This document shows positions 40,523-50,886 of a stretch of 64,000 nucleotides of DNA, piece by piece (position 1 is the first letter of the stretch; the number at the start of each line of letters is the position of its first letter). Source of the stretch: Candidatus Krumholzibacteriota bacterium (lineage in GTDB: Bacteria; Krumholzibacteriota; Krumholzibacteriia; JAJRXK01); assembly GCA_963764625.1 (NCBI GenBank), contig CAVXTH010000002.1, positions 34,554 through 98,553 of the forward strand. The letters are read 5' to 3'. The position numbers and the translations under genes are program-made. The notes below the pieces were generated by a model. That model was not told the DNA's origin and made no database searches. It saw only the letters and a list, made by a program, of their open reading frames with translations.

Positions 40523-41467
40523 CTAATCCGCCTCGGCCAGGTGTTCCTGCAGCCAGCTGGCCATGGCGGGGAACGACGGCAACTCGTTCGGGTCGTGGTC
40601 GAGCACCTTATCGAAGTTGTGCCCGCCGCCGGCGATCTCAACGTACTCGATCTCAACGTCGTGCTCACGAAGGCTTGCGGCAAGAGATCGCGACTGACTG
40701 ACCGGCACCACGTCGTCCGCATCGCCGTGCATGAGCAGCACGGGAGGATCATCGCCATCGACATAGGTGATGGGCGACGCCTCGACGTGCGCGCCGCCAG
40801 CGAACCCATCGTGCGGTGCACCGACGAACGACGCCACGTACGTTGAGCCGGCCGTTCCCGTCCAACCCTCCGCGGTCAGGTCGGTCGGGGCGGCAAAGGC
40901 GGCAACTGCGTCGACCTTTGAAGTGTAACGCTCGACTTCGTCGGCCGATTCGGGATCGCCCGTGCCGTCTTCCAGGGCGAGCATGAGCACGAGATGCGCT
41001 CCTGACGAGATGCCGAACGCGGCAATCGCCTCCTCCGTCACGCCGTATTCTTCGCCATGGCACCGAATGTATCGCACCGCGCGGCAGGCATCCTCCACCG
41101 CGGCGGGATACCGAAACAGCGGCGCCTGCCGATGGTTGATGACGAACACCGTGAATCCTGCGTCGGCGAACACCTCGTGACTCCCGCCGCCCAAGACCCC
41201 GCTGGCGACCGCGTCCTTGATTCCGCCGGCCCCGTAGCCCGTCGGCCAGTGCCATCCCGACCCGGCGATGAACAACAGCGCGTGCCCGTTGGACTCCGCC
41301 GGCTCGTACACATCCATGAGCAACGCCAACCCGCCGTGCATACCGTAGACGACGTTCTTGTGGACCGTCGCCGCGCCGGCGTCCTGGGCGTGTGTCGCTG
41401 CCGCTCCTACGAATCCGGCGGCAAAAAGCACGCCAAGGAGCACGACACGGATGAGTCTGGTTCGCAT
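40523..41467 (-). CDS. Secreted alpha/beta hydrolase (esterase), first cassette after attI copy C
   Basis: GISSG, HGDADDVVP, GGGH. Confidence 0.88.
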   Translation of the reverse strand: MRTRLIRVVLLGVLFAAGFVGAAATHAQDAGAATVHKNVVYGMHGGLALLMDVYEPAESNGHALLFIAGSGWHWPTGYGAGGIKDAVASGVLGGGSHEVFADAGFTVFVINHRQAPLFRYPAAVEDACRAVRYIRCHGEEYGVTEEAIAAFGISSGAHLVLMLALEDGTGDPESADEVERYTSKVDAVAAFAAPTDLTAEGWTGTAGSTYVASFVGAPHDGFAGGAHVEASPITYVDGDDPPVLLMHGDADDVVPVSQSRSLAASLREHDVEIEYVEIAGGGHNFDKVLDHDPNELPSFPAMASWLQEHLAEAD

Positions 41468-41585
41468 GATTACCTCCGCGGTGATTATCGTGTACGGACG
41501 CGGGCACGACGGTGCCATCGTAGAACTCCAGCCACGCTTCGTTGATGTTCCGCTCAAGATACACCTATCTGCTGCTATCGCAGGC

Positions 41586-41745
41586 GCCTAACTTGAATTC
41601 TACGGCCCCGTGTAAGGGGCCCACTACGAGTTATCCAGTACTGGTAATAATCCTACGTCTCCCCAGGGAACCGAGCAAGTCCGTGGTCACCATGGGCTTA
41701 CCGCCCGTGGATCTCGATCTTATCCCGCACATTCATACCCATCTA
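41586..41745 (-). other. attI-like module copy C
   Basis: gcctAACttgaattctacggccccgtgtaaggggcccactacgagttatccagtactggtaa almost identical to 62259 onward. Confidence 0.88.
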
Positions 41746-41763
41746 CGGAGCCAAAAACCTCCC

Positions 41764-41942
41764 TCACCGAAGCCGATCCACGGGACTCTTCACCGTCAGT
41801 CCCCGGTTCAGCACGTGCGTGTAGATCTTGGTCGTCTTCACACTCGGATGACCCAGGAGCTCCTCGATGGTGCGGATGTCAGAGCCATCTCAAGCAAGTG
41901 CGTCGCAGGGCTGTGGCAGAAGCTGTGGCAACTGGCGTGCTT
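41764..41942 (-). pseudogene. intI: intI 3' stub, copy 2
   Basis: [56 protein letters not shown]; catalytic R lost, 1-nt deletion. Confidence 0.9.
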
Positions 41943-42443
41943 CGAATTGCTAGTCCAGAGGCCGATTTTTCATTTCTCTATTGCACCAAATGTATATTTG
42001 TATATACTAAAAATGCCTCCCCAAAAACCTAGGGTTTCCCGTTCCACCGAGCGCTTTGAGCAGGGCTGCTCGGTGCGAGCTGGCCTGCATCTGCTCACGA
42101 GCTTGGGCGAGCTTTCGTGAGCCAGAGAAAGCTGAATCCTTAGAGAAGAGTGACAATTCGAGGCAAGAACCACTCGGCTGCTGGCCGCGAGAGGGAATCC
42201 TATGCGCCGCGCACCCGGTTGCAAGGGCATGGGACCAGCCGAGCGCCAGCGCGAGGATTAGGTGAATAGACATGAAAACTCAGATACGAGGAAGTCTGAG
42301 AGAAATATCCACCAACTCCGAACGTCGAGACACTCCGGTCGAAGGTGGCGACTCCGAACGTCGAGACACTTTGGAACGGGCACGGACCAACTCCGAACTG
42401 AAACCGCCCCAACCACGACCTCCCCGCAAGAACCATGACCTGA
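41943..42443 (+). repeat. Conserved intI-upstream module, copy 2
   Basis: Aligns with 21655-22112 and 63540-64000. Confidence 0.9.
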
Positions 42444-42569
42444 GCAGCGGAAGCAGCAGCGAGACCTGGAGGAGGGAACGTCGCAACGAGGTTCGCCGGG
42501 ATCCCTCATATCATGACCCGACCAACAGCAATGCAACCGGAGTAGCAGCAAAGAAGGTGGCCACCCAAC

Positions 42570-45500
42570 TCAGGGCTTCATTCTATTCGGCCCCGCCGGT
42601 ACGGGTTTCAGCACCACCGGCTTCTCCTTCAGCATACGCAGGGCCTCCGCCACGCCGCGTTCCAACTGCGGATCATGCCCGGCAATCAGCGCCGCGTCGT
42701 CCTGTTCGACCCGGATGTCCGGCGGCACGCCTTCGGCCTCTACGGCCCAGTGGCCCGACAGATCGTAGAACCCGGCGGAGGGAGCCGAGATGAAGCCGCC
42801 GTCCAGCAATGGTGGCTCACCGCCCCAGCCGACCAGACCACCCCAGGTCTTGGTGCCGATCAGCGGCCCGATCTTCATCTGTCGGAACATGTAGGGAAAC
42901 ATGTCGCCGCCCGAGCCGCTCATCTCGTTGATGAGCAGAACTTTCGGTCCCCAGATCGCCGCCGCTGGCGCCGTGACCGCCGTGTAATGATCGCCCACCC
43001 GCTGGTTGAAATAGCCGTGCAATGACCGGCTCATGATGTCGACCATGTAATCGGCAATGCTGCCGCCGTGGTTGAAGCGCTCGTCGATGACCGCGCCCTC
43101 TTTGTCTTGCTGAGCGAAATAGTAGCGGTTGAAGCTCGCATATCCGCCGCCGCCCGTGTTCGGCACGTAGACGTACGCCAGCTTGCCGTCGGAGAGCGAA
43201 TCCACCAGGCGGCGATTGCTCTCGATCCAGTCGCGCGTGCGCAGCCTTCTTTCGCTTGCAATCGGCACGACCGTGACGAGGCGCGAACCTTTTTCAACCG
43301 GCCGGTCGTTCACGCGCAATTCCACCTGCCGGCCGACCGTGCCGACGAACGGCGCATACGGACTCGCCGGCGCATGCAGCGCTTCGCCGTTTACCGAGAG
43401 GATGTAATCGCCGTCGTGCACGTCTACGCCGGGCGCCGAGAGCGGCGCCTGCAGCTTGGGATTCCAGTTTTCACCGGTGTAGATCTTCTTGATGCGATAG
43501 TAGCCGTTTGCTTCCTCGAGATCCGCGCCCAGCAAGCCGATCGGCAGGACGTCTGGCTTCGGAGAAATCTCCGCCGCCCACGAAGCTGTGGCCGATGGCC
43601 AGCTCGCCCTGCATCTGGTCGAGCAGTCGCGTGAGATCGACTCGATGCCGTACGTACGGCAACAGCACCTCATAACGCTTCTTCATGGCCGGCCAGTCCG
43701 CCCCGTTCATATTCGTGACGTACAGATAATCGCGCTCGATGCGCCACGCCTCGTCGAACATCTGTTTCCATTCGGCCATCGGATCTAGATCGATCGTGAG
43801 CGACGAGGTCTCCAGCGCGCCCTTCTCCTCCTTCGGTGGCTCGCCAGCCGCGTCCACGACCCACCAGCGATCCTTGGGCTTGCCGTCGTCGTCCTCGCTC
43901 TCGTAGAGCAGTTTCTTTCCGTCGAACGAAAGCGCGTACTCTTCCGCGGCGCCCGGCACGAAATCCACGGCCTTGCGTTTTTCGAGATCGTAGCGATGCA
44001 GTACGTCCTCGCGGTTAGGTACGCGCTCCAGATAGAAAAACTGTCCTGCCTTGCCCGCCTGCAACCCGACGTAGTCACGGGCAGGCACGTCGAGCGCAAT
44101 GATCCGCTGCGACATCCCGTCGAAATCGATGCGCACGTGCACGGATTCCGGTTTTGCTTTCGTCGTATCGCGCGCGGCCGCCTGGTCCTCGGGCTCGTCA
44201 CCCGTTTCCGGCAGAATCGGCGAGGGATCGGATTTGGAGAGCACTGCGAGGTAGACGCCACGACGCACAGGCCGGTCGTAGGAGCTCATATCGAGCCAGC
44301 CGGTGTTCAGCCCGAAATCCGTCGAAGCCAAAAACAGCAGGTACTTGCCGCTCTTGTCCCACGCCGGCGCGATGACTTCGGACATGCCGTCCGTGATCTG
44401 ATGCGTGCTTCCGTCGGAGAGCGAATAGACGAAGACCGCGTGGAACTGTGAGCCGGGCAAGCGCTTCGTGTAGGAGATGTAACGTGAGTCCGGCGACCAC
44501 GACGGCGACATGTCACGGTCGGGCCAGGTGTAGTTGTCCTGGTCGATGCGCTTGAGCTTGCCGTTGCTCGTATCGATGAACCACAGGTTGGTCTGTGCGT
44601 CCTCGTACAGGATCTTCGTGTGGTCCGGCGACCAGGATGGCGAGTAGATGAATCCGGGATGGTCGAGCGGGAAGGTGCGCGGCGATGCCGTCCCGTCCTG
44701 GTTGCCGATGACGAGCTGATACTCGCCGCTCGCATCGCTGAACCAGGCGATTTCCTTGCCGTCTGGTGACCACACGGGCACACGGTCCGCGACTCCGCTC
44801 GTGCGCGTCAGGTTGCGCCATGTGCCCTTGTCCGTCGGCACCGTGATGACCTCGCCGCGTGCCTCGAACAGGGCGCGGACGCCGGTCGGTGAAAGCTGTG
44901 GATGGGTGAGCGACTTCGAGACCTTGGCCGCGTGCGGCATGGCCCAGGGAAAATCACCGCTCACGCGGATGTCGAGCTTGTGGTCCGTACCGTCGGCGGG
45001 ATCGTAGAGATGGAGGTCGCCGGCCTGCTCGTAGACGACTCTACCTCCGCCCGCACCCACGTGCTCGACCTCGTAATCGTCGTAGTGAGTAATCTGCTCC
45101 AGCGTTTTCGTGCTCGTGTCGTAGGCCCAGAGATTGTTGGTCCAGTCCCGATCGGAGATGAAGTAGATCATGCTGCCCAGCCAGACGGGCTGCTGGTCGC
45201 GGCTGTCCGTCCACGGCAGCCTGGAGGCCGTTTTGGACTTGAGATCCAGAACGCGGATCGGCTGGTTCTGGCCGCCGCGATAGTACTTCATCTCGGACTC
45301 CCACGGCCGCACCCGTTGATACGCGAGGAATTGCCCGTCCGGCGAGATGCTTCCCGTCAGGGCGCGCGGTACCACCATCGCTTGGGGCAGACCGCCTTCT
45401 ACCCGCACCGTCCAGAGCATCGGCTCCGCATCGGGTACGCCGGTGCGCGTGGACATGAAGACGACGGCCGATCCATCGGGAGTCCAGCCGCACACCTCGT

Positions 45501-45822
45501 CGGGTGCCGGATGCCAGGTCAGGCGCTTCGGCTCGCCGCCATCGACCGGCACCACGTACACGTCGTCATTGCCGCCGTACTCACCGCTAAAGGCCAACCA
45601 CTGGCCGTCGGGCGAAAAGTGGGGGGACTTTTCCACCGTAGGCGAGGAGGTCACCCGGCGCGCCTCGCCGCCTGCCCGCGGCACGGTCCAGATGTCGCCC
45701 GCGTAGGCAAAGGCAACAGATTGCGCGCTGATGTCGGGCTGATGCAGCAGGCGAGTGGTTTGGGCCTGCGTCGTCGCAGGTAAAAGCACGGCGGCCAGCA
45801 CCAGCAAGGACAGAAATCTCAT
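42570..45822 (-). CDS. Tricorn protease (peptidase S41), frameshift near 43565
   Basis: PD40 repeats (WSPDG), PDZ region, IDERFNHGG, SGSGGD, GTKTWGG, DPQLERGV. Confidence 0.92.
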
Positions 45823-46487
45823 GGTTGTTCCTCCACCACAGCGGCGCGCACCTCACTCATGAACGTTTCGAGTTTGCGCTCGTCTAGTTCATTCGCTGTC
45901 CGCACACCACTGCAAACGTCTACGCCGAACGGACGCACCTCTTGGATAGCCTCTCTCACGTTGTCCGAGTTCAGTCCTCCCGCCAGAAAGACGGGCACCC
46001 GCGACCGCGCCACGATTCTTGCACTGACCGCCCAATCATGGGTACGCCCGGTTCCGCCAAGCTCTTTGACTGGCAGAGATCGGTTGCCCGAGTCCAACAG
46101 AAGTGCGTCGACTAAAGGACCCACCTCGAGAGCCTCTGCCACGGACTCCTCTCCCGTTACGTGAATGACCTGGATGAGAGCGATCCCGGGAAGATCCGCG
46201 CGCAGTGTAGCATATGCATCGGGATCGATTCGATCGCAGATTTGGAGCGTATTGGCCCGGCATCGCTTCTGCTGTGCAATGATGTCGGAGGCCGACATCA
46301 AACTGGTGAGGAGGACGGTCGCAACCGGCGGCGGGACTGTAGCTGCAATCTCTCGGATGCGCAATTCAGGGATGACCCCTGGCCCACTTGGCATTTCGGA
46401 CACCAAGCCGATCGCCGATGCCCCATGGCGCACCGCGAGCTTGGCCTCTTCAACTGAACTGATGCAGCAGATCTTCGTGTACAGCAT
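45819..46487 (-). CDS. trpF: Phosphoribosylanthranilate isomerase
   Basis: KICCISS, LLLDSG, GGTGRTHDW, LAGGLNSDNV, GVDVCSGV. Confidence 0.9.
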   Translation of the reverse strand: MLYTKICCISSVEEAKLAVRHGASAIGLVSEMPSGPGVIPELRIREIAATVPPPVATVLLTSLMSASDIIAQQKRCRANTLQICDRIDPDAYATLRADLPGIALIQVIHVTGEESVAEALEVGPLVDALLLDSGNRSLPVKELGGTGRTHDWAVSARIVARSRVPVFLAGGLNSDNVREAIQEVRPFGVDVCSGVRTANELDERKLETFMSEVRAAVVEEQP

Positions 46488-46502
46488 GAGAGTCTTTCGG
46501 CT

Positions 46503-46573
46503 GTCTGAGGTTGGCCCTCACTGGCGGATGACCCGCTGGGCGTCATCCGCACACGTGCCGCACCTTGTTGGGC
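46503..46573 (-). repeat. attC (degenerate)
   Basis: gtctgag..gcggatgac...gtcatccgc..GTTgggc. Confidence 0.5.
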
Positions 46574-46583
46574 GGCCCACCGC

Positions 46584-47048
46584 TCATTGTGTGAAGATCG
46601 AACTCTCTACTTCGCATTTCCAGGCTCCATCAATCTGCTTGCGCCAGATCGCCACATAGTGTCCATCACGTTGCACAAGATTGCCGCTCGAATCGCTCGC
46701 AGCGAGCTCGAATGCTCCGAACGTGTAACCAAGGTCGCCCGACTTTGAGACGACTGCTCGAGTGGGATTCCAAGTCACGGAAAATCCCGGTTGAGAACGG
46801 TTCCGTTTCACGAGTTCGCGGATGGCCTCCCTGCCGTGTGCGACTGGAGCACCGGGGAAAAAGTTGGTCGCGTCTTCGGCCCAAAATGTAGTGAGCCGCG
46901 CTATGTCCCCCGCAGCTGCGGCCGCTGCCCATTCCCTGTCGGTTTGAAGGAGACTATCGCTTTCGCGGGCTTGGTCGACGTGGCTTGTACAGCCAGAGAC
47001 CATAACTGCGAACGCGGTGGCTAGAGTTAAAATAAGGATTCGCATCAT
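46584..47048 (-). CDS. DUF4440/SnoaL-like lipoprotein
   Basis: VSGC lipobox; SGDLGYTFG, YVAIWRKQIDGAWK. Confidence 0.85.
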   Translation of the reverse strand: MMRILILTLATAFAVMVSGCTSHVDQARESDSLLQTDREWAAAAAAGDIARLTTFWAEDATNFFPGAPVAHGREAIRELVKRNRSQPGFSVTWNPTRAVVSKSGDLGYTFGAFELAASDSSGNLVQRDGHYVAIWRKQIDGAWKCEVESSIFTQ

Positions 47049-47144
47049 CACTCCTCCGAGTGGTTCGTCCGCCCAACCCCTGGGCTCGCTGGACGCTCCC
47101 GAATAGTTGGTGCCGACCCATGAACTCTGGACCGTGAGCCGCGG

Positions 47145-48599
47145 CTACCGTGAGGGTTTCTCGGGTTCCCACACACCCTGCGCGAACGTCCCCAGTGCGA
47201 TTTCGGTGGCATGACCGGTCGAAGGTGAGAATTTTACTCTCCGCCATTCCGGTGCACCTTCAGCGATGAATTCATCGCCGCCCTGGAACAGCAATCGCCG
47301 TTGGTCGAGAACGCCCGAGTCTTCCGGCCCGCCCTTGATCCGCATTGCCAATTCGATGTGAGTTCCATTTGGCACGACATCGAACTGGAAGGCGCCGGCG
47401 TCGTAGGTGCCCGCCAATCTCGCTGCCGCCTGAGGGCTAAGCAGAAGGTCGCGAACTTGGGGTTCATCGTGTCCCAGGATCCTGCGAGCGATGCGAGGTT
47501 CCAGTTCGGTTGCGATGTCGCTGGCGCCGTTCCGGTTGGCCATGATGGCGATCGTGAGGTCATCATCCGGATAGTGCGCCAGCACGGCATAAAAACCGAG
47601 CACCCGGCCCGTATGCGCGATACGCCGCCGGCCATCCAAGTCCAGCAGTTCCAAACCGAATCCGTATGGCCAGGTACGACCATCGTTCAATCTCGCCCGC
47701 GTCGTCATCCGGTCATAGCTTGCCTTCGAAACGACTTTGCCGGCCTCGAGTGACTCGCTCCAGCGCGCCAGATCCAGCGCGGTGGTCCACGCGGAACCCA
47801 GATTTGGTTCCCACGTGACTTCGAAGCCCTCGCTCGTCTGGCGATACCCTTGCGCCACGTCGGGGTCGTCCGCCGCCGGCCGAGGTGTCCAGTCGGGGTA
47901 GAACCTCTCCATCCCGGCCAAGCCGGCAACATCGCCGATAGCTTCGTAATACGTCTTTCCAGTCAACGCGGCGATCACGTAGCAAAGCAGGTCGTAGTTG
48001 GGCTGGCTGTACGAGAATCGTTCGCCTGGCGTGAAGTACAGCTTCCGTCCCTGAAACCCACCAATGTCATCCGTCGCGTCGAATCCCTTTCCAACCGACT
48101 CGTCCGAAATGGGTCCCCATTGTTCAACAGCCAGCGATGGTGCAACTCCGGAATCTTCCGGGTCCACCTCCTGCAAGCCGGAAATCTGGTGAAGCATTTG
48201 CTCGATGCGGACGACGTGGTTCGCGGTTTCCAGGCGAGGCAGGTACTTCGTCACCGGGTCCTGCAACGCAATCTTGCCTTCCTCAACCAACCGCATGATC
48301 GCCGCGGCGGTAAACTGTTTCTCGATCGATCCAATCGGAAACATCGTCCGGGGTGTCACCGGTTCCTTGCGATCCAGGTTCGCCGAACCAAATCCCCGGA
48401 CGTAGGCGGCCTTGCCTCCGCGGAGCACTGCCACTGACAGTCCAGGGATTCGGTGAGCAACCCGGAAATCGCTCGCGTCGCGCTCGAGCGTGGTTTGAAT
48501 GGATTGGCCGTTCTGTGAGCGATCGATCGTCGAGCAACTTGTACAGGCCAATGTTGACGCGATGAATAGCGCGATCTGATGTAGCTTAGGTGATTCCAT
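47145..48599 (-). CDS. Serine hydrolase (beta-lactamase/PBP-like superfamily)
   Basis: GSIEK (SxxK), FSYSQ, HTG. Confidence 0.88.
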   Translation of the reverse strand: MESPKLHQIALFIASTLACTSCSTIDRSQNGQSIQTTLERDASDFRVAHRIPGLSVAVLRGGKAAYVRGFGSANLDRKEPVTPRTMFPIGSIEKQFTAAAIMRLVEEGKIALQDPVTKYLPRLETANHVVRIEQMLHQISGLQEVDPEDSGVAPSLAVEQWGPISDESVGKGFDATDDIGGFQGRKLYFTPGERFSYSQPNYDLLCYVIAALTGKTYYEAIGDVAGLAGMERFYPDWTPRPAADDPDVAQGYRQTSEGFEVTWEPNLGSAWTTALDLARWSESLEAGKVVSKASYDRMTTRARLNDGRTWPYGFGLELLDLDGRRRIAHTGRVLGFYAVLAHYPDDDLTIAIMANRNGASDIATELEPRIARRILGHDEPQVRDLLLSPQAAARLAGTYDAGAFQFDVVPNGTHIELAMRIKGGPEDSGVLDQRRLLFQGGDEFIAEGAPEWRRVKFSPSTGHATEIALGTFAQGVWEPEKPSR

Positions 48600-48666
48600 T
48601 ACTTTACTGCCCAACGAGTAAGGGTTCATCCGCCGCCGTGCCTCTTGGGATCCTTAATCCCATTCC

Positions 48667-49068
48667 CTACTTGGCTCTCATGACTTCCTGGAACTTCGCC
48701 GTGTCGACGTACTGTTGGAACCTGGCCACTTTGCCGTCTCTGACGTCCCAGACGTGGCAAACCTGCGTGTCCATGCTCTTCCCGGTCGCCTTGTACCTCC
48801 CGCTGTATCGGGCTTCAACGATGACGCTGTCGCCAGCATCGTGAAATGTCTTCGGATGGACGGAGAAGCCGTCCCACTCCGCGCCCAGTCTCATGAAAAG
48901 ATTGTTCAGGATGGCGTCCGGCCCTACCCAGGCCTCGCCGCTAGGCATGTAAGGATTGCTCTCCGCCTCATACCAGTGGATGTCCGGGCTCATCGCACCA
49001 AGAACGTTCGGGATATCTCCGCGGCCAAATGCATCGTAGAGACTCTTCAGAAGGTTTACGTTGTCCAT
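48667..49068 (-). CDS. SnoaL-like/NTF2 family protein
   Basis: LYDAFGRGDI, DGKVARFQQYVDT. Confidence 0.88.
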   Translation of the reverse strand: MDNVNLLKSLYDAFGRGDIPNVLGAMSPDIHWYEAESNPYMPSGEAWVGPDAILNNLFMRLGAEWDGFSVHPKTFHDAGDSVIVEARYSGRYKATGKSMDTQVCHVWDVRDGKVARFQQYVDTAKFQEVMRAK

Positions 49069-49442
49069 GCTCTCTCCTCGAATTTGATTTGCTGCCCAGA
49101 TGTCACCCGGCGGTACCATTCAGAATCACCGCGGACTAATCTGACGTCAACCGTGTCCCTACCATTAATCCCATCCGGCCTGGAATGCACGGGTAGGTTG
49201 CCTCCCGAGAGTATCGGTGATGGAGTCCGCCAACCATGGGATGTTGGCGGACCGGCGGGTTCGAAATGGCGCGCGAAATAGGTGTAAAAGGAGCGTACGC
49301 ATCCAAAAAGCTAACAGCCCGGACACTGTAAGTTCAAGTTAGGCAAGGTCGATGGGGTTTCTGGTAAGGACAGCCGCACAGTGTTCGGCATGCCGAGGCG
49401 AGTTATCCTTCTGGTGCGCCGGGGTGGGAGCATTGTTGGTCT

Positions 49443-49555
49443 GTCCAACGACTTTTGGTTTAACCTACGGGAGCAGCATGCTCCCCGGCGGTTGTGAGGT
49501 GCAAGCCGAACAACCGTCCGGCCCTGCCGCCTACCCCGCAGGGTCAAACGCCTAC
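49443..49555 (-). repeat. attC (degenerate)
   Basis: gtccAAC..gtttaacctacggg...cccgcagggtcaaac. Confidence 0.5.
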
Positions 49556-49567
49556 TACTACCACTGA

Positions 49568-50728
49568 TCACATGCGGCCAAGTATCTCCGCGCGCTTGTT
49601 TTTGAAATACTCGAGATTGTTTGACTTGGATGACTGCGCCAACTCGATGCTCTTATCCGTAGCCTGAAGGGCGTCTTTCAGTCTGCCGGCTTCTAAATAT
49701 CCGTCGGAGAGACTGTCCCAAGCATTGGCCGACTGCGGATAGAGTCGCGCTGCCAATTCGAATGCACGGATGGCTTCCGGAGTTTCCCTGCCGAGTTTGA
49801 GGTAGCCAAGACTGTTGAGTACCTCCTCGGGCACTTTGTCCGGAGCTCCCACCCGGCCCAGAATCGCTTCGTAGTGTTTCAGCACCGCATCAAGGCCGGC
49901 AAACATCACCGGCTCCGGCACGAGATAGCCGTCATACAACGCCCGCAGACCCCGGATACTTCCAACAAGAGGGATACTGGCGTGGGTCTCGCTCGGCATG
50001 GGATCATAGGTCCAGCGGAGCTTGGCAGGGGCCTTTGCCTTCAACACTTCGGCCAGGCCATCGAACCATTGGAGCTTGGGGTCGTCGGTGGGGAGCAGAT
50101 AGCTGCTATTGAAATACAGAAACTGCCCAGCCGGCGTCTGGCGGTCGAGAAAATCGCCGAGTGAGCGTTCTGTCACATTGCTGTCCCAATCCAAGGTGCC
50201 GTCGTCCACCAATCGAGCGTCAAATAGCTCGGGCGCTGCGTACAGCGTGTAAAAGGCAAACAAGCCACCAAGCGAGTGCCCCCAAATCATTCGCCGTTCT
50301 GAGACGCGATACTCCTTTTCAATGATTGGCAGAAGCTCCTGTCGCAGGAAAAGCAGGAACGTACTCGCCCCTCCATCCCCCTCCCAGTCTGGAGAATCGG
50401 TGGGCGTGAAGTCGCGCATACGGTCGTTGGAGTCAATCGCGACAATCAGGTGTTCCGGAATCTCGCCGACTCGGGCAAGAAAGGTGGCATTGCCCGCCAC
50501 GATGTCCCCGTAACGGCTTCCGTCCAGCAACAGGAGCAGCGGATAGAGCTTTGATGAATTGGCAGAATAGCTCGCCGGGAGCATGACGCGGTAGTTGATC
50601 GCTTCATGCAAGACTCCCGACTCGACCGGGGCCGGCAACTGCCAACGGCCCTCAGGGCTCGCGATCGCTGTCGAACCGCCAAGAAGCACCAGAACAGAAA
50701 TCCCAAGAACCCAGAGACGATTCAACAT
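49568..50728 (-). CDS. IroE-like esterase with C-terminal TPR
   Basis: YPLLLLLDG, RDFTP, GHSLGG, YPQSANAWDSL. Confidence 0.85.
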   Translation of the reverse strand: MLNRLWVLGISVLVLLGGSTAIASPEGRWQLPAPVESGVLHEAINYRVMLPASYSANSSKLYPLLLLLDGSRYGDIVAGNATFLARVGEIPEHLIVAIDSNDRMRDFTPTDSPDWEGDGGASTFLLFLRQELLPIIEKEYRVSERRMIWGHSLGGLFAFYTLYAAPELFDARLVDDGTLDWDSNVTERSLGDFLDRQTPAGQFLYFNSSYLLPTDDPKLQWFDGLAEVLKAKAPAKLRWTYDPMPSETHASIPLVGSIRGLRALYDGYLVPEPVMFAGLDAVLKHYEAILGRVGAPDKVPEEVLNSLGYLKLGRETPEAIRAFELAARLYPQSANAWDSLSDGYLEAGRLKDALQATDKSIELAQSSKSNNLEYFKNKRAEILGRM

Positions 50729-50815
50729 GGACCTTCCTTCCCAAATGTCATTCCAGCCGTAGCCTCGCCGCATCACAAGGTGCCGGCGCTACCCGCATGG
50801 CGGCCCCTAGGGTAC

Positions 50816-50886
50816 ACCTAACGCCTGAGTTACGAGGCCGACCGCTAGCGCATCCAGTGGGCGCCGGCTTGAATGACTTGTCAGGC
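50816..50886 (-). repeat. attC (degenerate)
   Basis: acctAAC..aggccg...cggctt..gtcaggc. Confidence 0.55.
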
